DNA of 64,000 bases from a virus (taxonomy: Duplodnaviria > Heunggongvirae > Uroviricota > Caudoviricetes): IMG/VR virus record IMGVR_UViG_3300029862_000001, positions 53,276-117,275 of that record. The stretch is one strand, 5' to 3'. This document shows, one piece after another, positions 55,847-64,000 of this stretch. The notes below the pieces were generated by a model that searched no databases, was not told the DNA's origin, and saw only the letters and a program-made list of their open reading frames with translations. Position numbers and translations under genes: made by a program. How positions within the stretch are numbered: the first letter of the stretch is position 1; every line of letters begins with the position of its first letter.

Positions 55847-58662
55847 TATTTGGTCCTCCTTCTTCTTTTAATTTCATCATCTTCTTCATTTAAACTTTTC
55901 AAGTAAGGTGTAGAATAATCACCCATATTCATCACATCCTGATTACCTTGAACGTAAATAATTTGACCACTTGGAAGCATTCTCATATTCGGAGCTATGG
56001 AAGCTATGGTATTCAACGATGTACGAACATTGAACTTATTCTGTATCTCGCTGTTTATGCTATCATAATAACGAGCAAGATTTTCATCCCTTATAGCCAT
56101 AGCTTTCAACAACCCAGATTCATAACGTTGCCTTTCTGCTATGTTCTTATCATCTGTCTGAACATAAGCCATTTCATTGAACCTGTCAGCTTCGTTTATT
56201 TGCCTTGCGTTATTGAAATTTACTTCATTAACGTACTTGGCTATATTGCTTCCAGCTATGGCGTTCATATTAGCCAGAATAGCAGCCCGCTGGGAGTCGG
56301 GCACGTCACCTACTGCGTCTAACTGAGCCGATGTCGCACGGTTGAGCTCGTTGATATACTGATCAGCAGATTGAAGAACCGGGTCTATTCTCGGAGCCTG
56401 ATGTCTTTCCAGGCCTTCTATCTCCAAGCCAGTGTCAAGGGTTCTCAGCATTTCCGGGAAGATAGGACCGAACGCTGCCGGCCGCCCCTGTCTTTTAGTT
56501 CCGTTGTCTTCAACCACCTCCTCTGTATCGGTGTCGGTTACAGTCGTGGGTGTATCGGTTTTCGATTTTACTTCTATCCTTCCAGGAGATCCAATATTAG
56601 GTGGTGTAAGACCTGGTGCTATGGGACCGGCCTCAATAGGCTTCATTTCTGGTTTAACAGACTCAAGAACGAAGTCTATTTCCGGCATTAACCCACTATC
56701 TCTTAAAGCAACAAACTTATTATAATCGGAGCCCAGAATCTTCTTAGCGGCATCAGATTTATCACCAAATAAGTCAACATAATTCTTTATCCCTTTTTCG
56801 TTTAACAATCTTTTTTGCTCTGCCGAAACAACGTCCAACCCATAATAAGAACGAGTAGCTGTTGTCTGACCAAACTTATCATCTACGGCAAATGAATTAT
56901 AAGCCTGATTCCCTCCGTAGCTTCCGGCGTCCTGGCCCCAGAATCCGTACTCATCTCTGAATTTCTTGGCTGCATCAGCATTCGTGATAGCGCCTACATC
57001 AGCTAACGCCCACAATGCATTTAATTGCCTGTTATATCCTTTCTGAAAACCTTCTGTATCAAAATCACCATCCGTATTGTACTTGTTAGCCCATCGGTTT
57101 ACATCAAGCAAATTAGATACCGCCTTATCATTTACCCTTCCGTATCCTAAATTGCTTCTATGTTGTAGATTCTGATTGGCATTGACACTGGAATCGGGAT
57201 TAAGAATCTGCTCACGACCACTAACATCAGACATAGTCATATTAAGAGTTCGTCCAAATAACTGATTGATAAGCTTATTGTAGCCGATAGCATTCTTTCT
57301 AAGTTCCTCCAGCTCCTTCTGAGTAGGTCCACCTTCAGCCATTTTCCTGGTTTGCTTAACATACTCGTCATATATCCAGTTCTTGGCATCTGATTCTGCA
57401 ATATTAAAAGCCTTGGCTTGTTTCTTTACCTGATTCAGATCAACAACCCCGCCATCCCTGAAGAAAGCATCCATCTTCTCGTTACGCTTAGATTCTTCCT
57501 GTTTGCCATAAACGATTTCAGCGAAAGAACGAAATTGTGCTTCAAGCTCGTCTATCTCTTTCTGGTTTTCATTGACGTACTTGGAAAGAATAGAAGCATT
57601 AAGATTAGATGTATTTTTATCTTTTACATCTTCATTTTTCTCTAATCTCTTATATACACGCTCCTGATCTTCGTACTTATCAGACAAACCAATCTTCTTC
57701 TTATATCGATCAAGAAGTGCAGCATACGTATCTTTAGACGTTGCCTTAATACCGTAGTTTTCTCTAACGTAAGAGGCGAACTCATCATCTATCTTACGAT
57801 AATCGGAAACAATATAAGCTTCCGGTAAATCAACTGGCGTGCCTCCATTCTCATGCCTGTTTCCTTTAGCTTCCATAGGCCCCACTGAATCAGGCGTCAG
57901 CACATACTCGCCTTTCTCTATCTCTACGTTAGCATTATCCTCCATAGATTTAGGAAGAGGATAAATATATTCGCCGGTCATATCAGACGTATCCATCTTC
58001 TGACCGTTACCTAAATTCACGCCACCACCTTCACGTTCCCACTTGATGAATTGCTGACGACGCTCCTTGGCAAGTTTTTCCCTTGCAGCCTGCTCGTCTC
58101 TGCTGGCAGCATATGCAGCAGATGAAGCTCCCATGATATTACGGGTAAGACCTAATCCTAAACTAACACCAGATAAGGTAGCTTGAGCCACGTTAGCGCC
58201 CACCTTATTACCAGCTCGTATCCTGCCAAGGCTGGATCCGAACATCTGAGCTCCGCTGGTTAGGTCGGGTGAGTAATATGGGATAGTCATAGGATCGAGA
58301 GGATTTCCATCCTGTGATCGCTTTTCTTTTGATTGATTTTCTTCTTTATCAACACTAACAATAGTTCCTTTGGGCATAGACTTAGGATCGAACGTATTGT
58401 TATTACTTACATTCATAGTCGAAATAGAAGGTTCTTGCCTTTTTATAGTAGAATAGTCAGGACCTATAATATTGTCAAATCCCGCCTCCATCATGTCTAT
58501 TTCCGAATTTATCTCACTCATACCAGGAACATTGGACATATCCATATCAATATAAGGATTAGATGTCGTATCAGCCTGTTGTGTAACATCCTGAACACTA
58601 CCACCAGGAGCGAATACCGGACGATTTTTTATGATTCGTAATCTCATATCATCTTTTTTCAC
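55846..58662 (-). CDS. large structural protein (938 aa)
   Basis: ATG start; uninterrupted 2.8-kb ORF. Confidence 0.7.
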   Translation of the reverse strand: MKKDDMRLRIIKNRPVFAPGGSVQDVTQQADTTSNPYIDMDMSNVPGMSEINSEIDMMEAGFDNIIGPDYSTIKRQEPSISTMNVSNNNTFDPKSMPKGTIVSVDKEENQSKEKRSQDGNPLDPMTIPYYSPDLTSGAQMFGSSLGRIRAGNKVGANVAQATLSGVSLGLGLTRNIMGASSAAYAASRDEQAAREKLAKERRQQFIKWEREGGGVNLGNGQKMDTSDMTGEYIYPLPKSMEDNANVEIEKGEYVLTPDSVGPMEAKGNRHENGGTPVDLPEAYIVSDYRKIDDEFASYVRENYGIKATSKDTYAALLDRYKKKIGLSDKYEDQERVYKRLEKNEDVKDKNTSNLNASILSKYVNENQKEIDELEAQFRSFAEIVYGKQEESKRNEKMDAFFRDGGVVDLNQVKKQAKAFNIAESDAKNWIYDEYVKQTRKMAEGGPTQKELEELRKNAIGYNKLINQLFGRTLNMTMSDVSGREQILNPDSSVNANQNLQHRSNLGYGRVNDKAVSNLLDVNRWANKYNTDGDFDTEGFQKGYNRQLNALWALADVGAITNADAAKKFRDEYGFWGQDAGSYGGNQAYNSFAVDDKFGQTTATRSYYGLDVVSAEQKRLLNEKGIKNYVDLFGDKSDAAKKILGSDYNKFVALRDSGLMPEIDFVLESVKPEMKPIEAGPIAPGLTPPNIGSPGRIEVKSKTDTPTTVTDTDTEEVVEDNGTKRQGRPAAFGPIFPEMLRTLDTGLEIEGLERHQAPRIDPVLQSADQYINELNRATSAQLDAVGDVPDSQRAAILANMNAIAGSNIAKYVNEVNFNNARQINEADRFNEMAYVQTDDKNIAERQRYESGLLKAMAIRDENLARYYDSINSEIQNKFNVRTSLNTIASIAPNMRMLPSGQIIYVQGNQDVMNMGDYSTPYLKSLNEEDDEIKRRRRTK

Positions 58663-58715
58663 AAAGATAAGAGAAACGAACGAAAAAATCCAACGTTATG
58701 CAACAGGTTTAAAAA

Positions 58716-59780
58716 TCAGGGACGTATGACAGGCAAACCGCCCGAATCAGGATCGTACTTAAGACCGCATGCCATGCGATAGTTTTTAAGCACTCTCTTG
58801 TACAAAAATAGCACCGTCTTGGAATCTATTTTTTTCATAGACTTAGTTAAAACCTCTTCTGTTGAAACAGACATCAGACAGCTATTCAAGAACGACCTGA
58901 CATTGGAACCGAACAAGGTCTTCACCATTTTTCTAAACGTTCTAAAAAGATATGATGCAGAAAGAGACTTTAACCCATTGCGAGCCAGTCTCTTATTAAG
59001 ATAATTAATGGCTTTTTCAGATAGACAAAGCCTGTTCTTTCCTTGACTGTCCACCTCTGACGAGAACCACGAATACAAGGTGGTAGGATGTTTCTTGAGA
59101 TGATTGATAAAGGAAGTTATAATACCTTCTTTTAAAGCCCTTTTATGAGCTACACATGCGGCGATTTTTTCTTCTCTTTTCAAAGAGCTGTCAAGGCACC
59201 TAAACACCGTCCTATCGTCTCCAATAAAATACTGAGGACGTTCTTCTTTAAACTTAGCCCGATAAGCGGCATATCCTTCCTTACGGAGCATATCTATCTG
59301 AGACCGGATATAGAACCTTACACACTTTTCTTCGGCTTCTTGCACGCTTTTAAGATAAGGAACTGACTTTCTTCCATATCGAAGATAGTCATAAACCATA
59401 GCCTCTATGAAGTCATTGTATGGGAAGAATCTTCCAAAACCAAAGTTCCAAACTATGAAACATCGCACTCTATCTTTCCAATAATCAGATATGAGAAAAT
59501 TGCTACAATATCTCAACTTCCTGTCTTTCTGATAAAAATGATGAGTATGTTTGTCATAAAATAGATTAAAATATCTCAAATTGCCTAAACACTGACCGGC
59601 TGGACGGCGTACTACATTATACCCTAAGTTGCTGAAGCTATTGTATATAACTTCTATCGGAGAGACCTGCTCTTTCTTAAAGAGCTTGTCGTGTAACTTG
59701 TGAGGATCTGTTATTTCTTTTAACTTTGTGTCCATATTTTTTTGTTTTTTTTTTAGTGCAAAGATATGGTTTTTCATCAT
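58716..59780 (-). CDS. hypothetical 354-aa protein with possible HUH-like motifs (KHTHHF; YAAYRAKF)
   Basis: The track start at 59837 is TTG; ATG pair at 59780 (MMKNH...). Motif assignment is speculative. Confidence 0.5.
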   Translation of the reverse strand: MMKNHIFALKKKQKNMDTKLKEITDPHKLHDKLFKKEQVSPIEVIYNSFSNLGYNVVRRPAGQCLGNLRYFNLFYDKHTHHFYQKDRKLRYCSNFLISDYWKDRVRCFIVWNFGFGRFFPYNDFIEAMVYDYLRYGRKSVPYLKSVQEAEEKCVRFYIRSQIDMLRKEGYAAYRAKFKEERPQYFIGDDRTVFRCLDSSLKREEKIAACVAHKRALKEGIITSFINHLKKHPTTLYSWFSSEVDSQGKNRLCLSEKAINYLNKRLARNGLKSLSASYLFRTFRKMVKTLFGSNVRSFLNSCLMSVSTEEVLTKSMKKIDSKTVLFLYKRVLKNYRMACGLKYDPDSGGLPVIRP

Positions 59781-60065
59781 ACGCTCAAAGAAGAAAATGC
59801 ACGGCCTTGTATCCGGTTTGAGAGAAATAGGATACAAGGTTTTTTTGTTTTATGACAGTTTGGAAAAGAGACGAAATAACGGATCTAAACGTAACCGCCT
59901 GACCGTCAGTGGTGGGACAACAAATCTTGAATTAAAACTACACCTATGAATAGTCTTCGTTTTCCTTAATATTAAGACCATTTTCAATGATCTTATCCAT
60001 TATATTATTTATATTATTTTATATACTTTATCATTTATTCATATAATTGTTTACAGTGAATGAAC

Positions 60066-60235
60066 TTGACGACCGAAGGGAGTTAAGTGAGTGAACGGAT
60101 TGACAAATTACTTTTTCCGTCATTGTATTGTTAGCCTAATTGTGTTAAAAGATTGAGTATCGTGACCGAAGGGAACGATGCGAAAGAACATATAATATTT
60201 AAAAACGACTGAACCTATCGACTGAAGGGAGATAG
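60066..60235. repeat. Three dispersed copies of GAC(C/T)GAAGGGA(G/A) within a 660-bp non-coding region
   Basis: Copies at 60069-60080, 60162-60174 and 60218-60230; the first and third also share downstream tta/ata-(a/g)gtga(g/t)...gtga. Confidence 0.5.
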
Positions 60236-60390
60236 GTGATGGAGTGACGTTAATAATTATATTAGGTAGCCAGTGGAGAATTAGGCAGGTTTGTAGGCGA
60301 GACGGGCGTCCATGCCCGTCAGGACAGTGGAAGTACGTAGGTCTGTTCTGTTAAACCAAGACGATGATAGTTCCATCCTTCACGAAATCG

Positions 60391-60464
60391 CACAAAAAAG
60401 CCGGATTATCTTGATATCGTTCTTCAACCTTCGGTATCCGTGTAACGAGTCTCAAATCCGGCTT
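60391..60464 (-). terminator. Large two-level hairpin (outer 10-bp stem aagccggatt/aatccggctt, inner 7-bp stem gatatcg/cggtatc) followed on - by TTTTTTGTG
   Basis: Lies 36 nt downstream of the - gene ending at 60500. Confidence 0.5.
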
Positions 60465-60499
60465 CGATTTATTAATATGAGAAATAAAATAATATTGTT

Positions 60500-62920
60500 C
60501 TAATTATCAGTGACGCCTTTAATGCGAAGCTGTATATTGGGAAGCACGGCATTAATCAAAGCCATTTTCTTATCCTCTTCGCTTTCTTTTTCATGCTGTC
60601 TATACATCATGCTGTAATCACTGTCATCACCATCCTTTTTCCCGTCTAACGTCAGTAAATGATTTATGATGTCCTTACCATACGTTTCAGCCCATGTACG
60701 GAATCTCTCTTCCTCGGACTGTCTCTCCTGGGACGGAGCTTCCGGGTTAGGAAGGGCGGCTGCCATTTCTACCTCTGGAAGTGTTACCGATGCTGCTATT
60801 TCCCCATCATCTCCGAATCCCATTTGACCATACGAAGATACGGAATTTTCTTCAATATCCAAACCAAGATTTTTAGCAACCTCCATAGCATAGTTATAAC
60901 GGTCATCGTTTCGTATCACGCTTTTATGAGGACGTCCTGCTCCTTGGTTCCAAGCTACTACAGCATCTTTAAGGTTATCGGCGTTCATGAAGTCCTGCCG
61001 GCTGTAGTTGTAATACCCTGGTCCTTCTTTTCCTTTTCTTGTGTATAAGAAATTAGAATATCCGGTTTTCCCTTCATATTCGTCAGCCAAGAACTCAAGT
61101 TGGTCTTTGAATGTGGGTGTAGAATGACCTTTCTTTTTGGCATGCTTGAATAGCTTATCCATGCGCTCATTATGCCATTGCTGTATGCCGTATGATGTTC
61201 TGTTGTCTCCGTATATGTCATCTTTAAGACCGGATTCAGCCATGAGATTACCTATGATAGCAAGCGCCTGTATCTTAGACATGCCTCTTTTATTAGTAAA
61301 ATATTCATATGCTTCACGCTGTTTACCAACCACGCCACCTTCTTTCTTGATATTGGTATTGTATCTCTTTCCATTCCACGTAAATTCCTTAAGACCTCTT
61401 TTCCTGGCTTCTTTAAAGGCTTCGCCTCTTGTAGTGGAAATCGGGTCTTGTAATTCAAGATCGTTTTTTATACCAAGAATGGCATTAATAATATTATCAT
61501 CCTTTTTATCATCATCATCTAATTTATCAACATTATTCGAAACGTAAGATTGGCTTATTAAATTTGATACGCTTTTTCTATTTTTATAAGTTCCTTCTTT
61601 ATCTGATGGAGCTTCAAAAGCATACACAAGTGGATACGAATAATCCGTATCTGGATCTTCTGACATAAATTCGCTTACTGCATGAATGGCTTTATTGTAT
61701 TTAGTATCCTTTATACTATACATCCCAGCATCTTGAACATGATCATAAAATCTGTCTATCATGTAATTGATATATCCACGCTTATCCCCCTTAAATCGCT
61801 CTTTATCTTTCTCAAACTCTTTGGGTGGATATCTTTTATCGGATTCTTGGAAAAGTCCCTTAAACCCTCCATAATCAGATACGGCATAGGGATTACCACC
61901 AGATTCTTCAATAATATTTCCAAGTACGGTTTCTATCTGGCGTTGATTGAAACCTTTATCATATAAAGCATCATAGATCATATTCATTCCATCTACGTCC
62001 ATAGTGCGGTGCGTACCCTTACCCACGCGCTTCATATTTTCATATTTGGATTTGAATAAATCCCAATCTATTTCCGGCTTAGAAGAATCCCCTCCTTGTT
62101 TTTTAGATCTTATCTTCATTTTTTTATCCAGATCATTCTTGGAATCAATGGCGGATTTCAACAAAACCTTGTTTGGATCATTCTCTTCATATGGATTCTT
62201 ATCTTCTACATAATCCAGAATATCAAACGGGTATCCTATTGTATCAAGAATCTTAGTAACAATCCCTACACCAAGAGGTTGATCGCTTCTATAAAAATCA
62301 TACTTATCTTTTACGACCATCCTACCTCTATCATCACGGTACATAGTGAAACTTGATAAGCCTGATAAATCATTTAAATCGCCGTAAGCGTCTGGTATAA
62401 AATTGTATTCGTTAAATACCTGATGTTCTCCAGTTCTGGCTTTTTTTAAGAGATCTATTCCCTCTTCCACCATTCCAAGTTTCCTACTTGTTACATCCCT
62501 TAACTCCTCCAAATCAGATACGTCCTTGCCTGCAACTTTTCCATCAATTATCTTATTATCTAAGGAATCAAGCTCCCTTTCATATTTTTTAGTCATTTTC
62601 TCCCACCCACCATTTATCCTGTCAGATATAATGGATTTGATATTGTCTGGTATTCTGACAATCCCATTTTCTTCTTTCAGATTATTTGGTTGGTTTAAGA
62701 ATCTAAACCAAAGATTCTGACTAAAATCATCTACATTGGCTTTCGGAACATCTTGACCAAAAAATTCCATTATTTTGGTTTTTAATCCTCTTTCATTAGC
62801 ATACACGTCAGGTGTTATATTAGATGCCAGATATTCTCTAAGTTTTACAAACGGACCAATTTTACTCCATAATGTTTTTGGTTGTTTGTCTCTTACATAA
62901 TTTTTAGTCTTCTTTGCCAT
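60500..62920 (-). CDS. virion-associated peptidoglycan hydrolase with two lytic transglycosylase (SLT-like) domains
   Basis: ATG at 62920 with RBS aagaaggaggaagaaaaaaATG. Motif 1 is ESGGNPYAVSDYGGFKGLFQ (ES...AxSxxGxxGLxQ); motif 2 is ESGLKDDIYGDNRTSYGIQQW. Confidence 0.6.
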   Translation of the reverse strand: MAKKTKNYVRDKQPKTLWSKIGPFVKLREYLASNITPDVYANERGLKTKIMEFFGQDVPKANVDDFSQNLWFRFLNQPNNLKEENGIVRIPDNIKSIISDRINGGWEKMTKKYERELDSLDNKIIDGKVAGKDVSDLEELRDVTSRKLGMVEEGIDLLKKARTGEHQVFNEYNFIPDAYGDLNDLSGLSSFTMYRDDRGRMVVKDKYDFYRSDQPLGVGIVTKILDTIGYPFDILDYVEDKNPYEENDPNKVLLKSAIDSKNDLDKKMKIRSKKQGGDSSKPEIDWDLFKSKYENMKRVGKGTHRTMDVDGMNMIYDALYDKGFNQRQIETVLGNIIEESGGNPYAVSDYGGFKGLFQESDKRYPPKEFEKDKERFKGDKRGYINYMIDRFYDHVQDAGMYSIKDTKYNKAIHAVSEFMSEDPDTDYSYPLVYAFEAPSDKEGTYKNRKSVSNLISQSYVSNNVDKLDDDDKKDDNIINAILGIKNDLELQDPISTTRGEAFKEARKRGLKEFTWNGKRYNTNIKKEGGVVGKQREAYEYFTNKRGMSKIQALAIIGNLMAESGLKDDIYGDNRTSYGIQQWHNERMDKLFKHAKKKGHSTPTFKDQLEFLADEYEGKTGYSNFLYTRKGKEGPGYYNYSRQDFMNADNLKDAVVAWNQGAGRPHKSVIRNDDRYNYAMEVAKNLGLDIEENSVSSYGQMGFGDDGEIAASVTLPEVEMAAALPNPEAPSQERQSEEERFRTWAETYGKDIINHLLTLDGKKDGDDSDYSMMYRQHEKESEEDKKMALINAVLPNIQLRIKGVTDN

Positions 62921-63098
62921 TTTTTTCTTCCTCCTTCTTAAATTTGTGGTAAGCATCACAAACCTTGTCAACCAACCATCCCATTAGATAGGCAGCGTGC
63001 TCATCTTCTCCGGCGTCAAAACTGTAGTTAATATTAAGATACTTACAATAAAGGGAAAGACCGTGCAGACATTCGTGTCCTATGGTTCTAACATCCAT
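62904..63098 (-). CDS. short ORF / possible C-terminal remnant of a gene abutting the IS right end
   Basis: The frame stays open from 63221 across the IS boundary (63176) to 62904; the part inside the IS is an artefact, and the first ATG in flank DNA is 63098. Confidence 0.25.
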   Translation of the reverse strand: MDVRTIGHECLHGLSLYCKYLNINYSFDAGEDEHAAYLMGWLVDKVCDAYHKFKKEEEKNGKED

Positions 63099-63175
63099 AT
63101 CAGATAGTGAATGAAATAAGAAACATATTTCTTTCCTGTGATTGGTTCGGTTTCCTACGAAAATAGTCCTGCCAC

Positions 63176-64000
63176 CTTGACATACTCCCATAGCTAAAGC
63201 AAATGGGATTCTTGGATACAAACGTATGGAACCCCGGTATTTCTATCGCTGGAATTACCCATACTCTCCAATTCGGAAATGCCCTTCCGAAGTATATTAC
63301 GGGCTGCAAGAACATCACGGTCGTTAATTGCGCCGCACGCCGGGCACACCCACGTGCGGTCGCGTAACGACAATCCTTTATTAATGCAGCCACATTCGCA
63401 AGTTTTGGAAGAAGGATACCATTTGTCAATCTTGTGTACTATCACTCCATACTTTGAAGCAACATACATTAGCTTATCAATAAAAGAAGAATGGCTAAGA
63501 TCAGAAACCTTCTTTCCCCACAAACGCTTCATTCCTTCAATGTTTAAATCTTCAATAAAAATATAATCATATTGTTTGCATAACTGGTGTGCTAATCCCC
63601 ATTGAAAATCCGATCGAAGATCTTTTATTTTACGATATGCTTGTTGGAGTTCAAACAGTCTCCTTCTTCTATTGTTGGATCCTTTCTTTGCATTAGAAAA
63701 CCGTTTGTTTAGTTTTCTAATCTTGTTTTGATATCGTTTGAAGAATAGTGGAGAATCGATTTTGCTACCATCGCTTTTAGTTAGATAAGTTTTCAGCCCA
63801 AAATCCAATCCGATAGATGCACCATCATGTGTCTTTCTATAAGAGTTTGAAGGATTATGGTCTGTAACTATAATCAAACTAAAACGTGAACAGGTTTCTC
63901 TAACTATTCTAATTTGTTTAACATTACCTTCATAAGGTCTACTGTATGAGAATCTAAATCGTTTCTTTCCTTTGTTAATTGTTAGAAAATTACCATTCAG
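63176..64000 (-). mobile_element. IS200/IS605-family element right end with tnpB (runs past the window edge)
   Basis: tnpB coding sequence plus ~18 bp beyond its stop; the terminus ...GTATGTCAAG (- strand) matches the TCAA-type right-end cleavage motif of this family; the boundary is defined by comparison with the orphan copy at 2045. Confidence 0.65.
63194..64000 (-). CDS. tnpB: TnpB (IS605 OrfB) RNA-guided nuclease, C-terminal ~270 aa (N-terminus outside the window)
   Basis: RuvC-I GASIGLDFGLKTY, RuvC-II YIFIEDLNIEGM, zinc finger CECG...CPACG, RuvC-III NDRDVLAARNI; the frame is open from 63877 up to position 64000 with no stop. Confidence 0.75.
   Translation of the reverse strand: MNGNFLTINKGKKRFRFSYSRPYEGNVKQIRIVRETCSRFSLIIVTDHNPSNSYRKTHDGASIGLDFGLKTYLTKSDGSKIDSPLFFKRYQNKIRKLNKRFSNAKKGSNNRRRRLFELQQAYRKIKDLRSDFQWGLAHQLCKQYDYIFIEDLNIEGMKRLWGKKVSDLSHSSFIDKLMYVASKYGVIVHKIDKWYPSSKTCECGCINKGLSLRDRTWVCPACGAINDRDVLAARNILRKGISELESMGNSSDRNTGVPYVCIQESHLL

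Noticed and set aside
32767-58641. Plus-strand ORFs inside the giant minus-strand genes (e.g. 47123..47518, 48691..49050, 50881..51123, 56371..56725)
   Set aside because: They sit antisense to long uninterrupted structural ORFs and have Ser/Leu/Phe-rich low-complexity translations typical of shadow frames.
59728-59949. 73-aa + ORF across the start region of the 354-aa minus-strand gene
   Set aside because: It overlaps the promoter and 5' end of a better-supported gene, and the translation is Phe-rich low-complexity.
1-64000. Stop-codon recoding (TAG/TGA reassignment) as in some large phages
   Set aside because: The giant structural ORFs (2137 and 2212 aa) and nearly all genes are intact under the standard code. 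The only hint, TGA 13291 followed by an open in-frame 32 codons, is well within chance in AT-rich DNA.

Overview
AT-rich (~35% GC), gene-dense sequence with the architecture of a large tailed-phage genome; the host is not identifiable from sequence alone. Positions 1-290 carry a tandem-repeat array and two tRNA-like elements. Positions 0.3-32.2 kb (+ strand) hold ~75 tightly packed, often overlapping early/replication genes; most are small hypotheticals. Recognisable functions are a Zn-binding/TOPRIM-like primase, a DnaB-like helicase, a SF2 DEAH helicase, two PD-(D/E)XK nucleases (one Cas4-like with a Cys cluster), a minimal ABC-type ATPase, a polymerase-beta-like nucleotidyltransferase, a MazG/dNTP-diphosphohydrolase-like protein, an acyl-carrier-protein-like gene, and an NfeD + flotillin (SPFH) gene pair. 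A hairpin at 32.23 kb separates this block from a convergent minus-strand virion block (32.4-58.7 kb). That block contains two giant proteins (2137 and 2212 aa), 979- and 938-aa proteins, and an embedded island of small genes that includes a Bro-N protein. After it come a 373-aa protein with a 660-bp structured, repeat-bearing non-coding region, an 823-aa protein with two lytic-transglycosylase (SLT) motifs, and at the window edge an IS200/IS605-family tnpB (5' end cut by the window) with its right end. A ~120-bp orphan copy of that IS right end (the omega-RNA scaffold region) sits at 2045-2165, followed by a hairpin. Hairpins with an identical 12-nt loop, scattered GC-rich codon-anomalous islands, and terminator hairpins are also present. 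The ORF track uses ATG/GTG/TTG starts; several starts were moved to an internal ATG with a better RBS.
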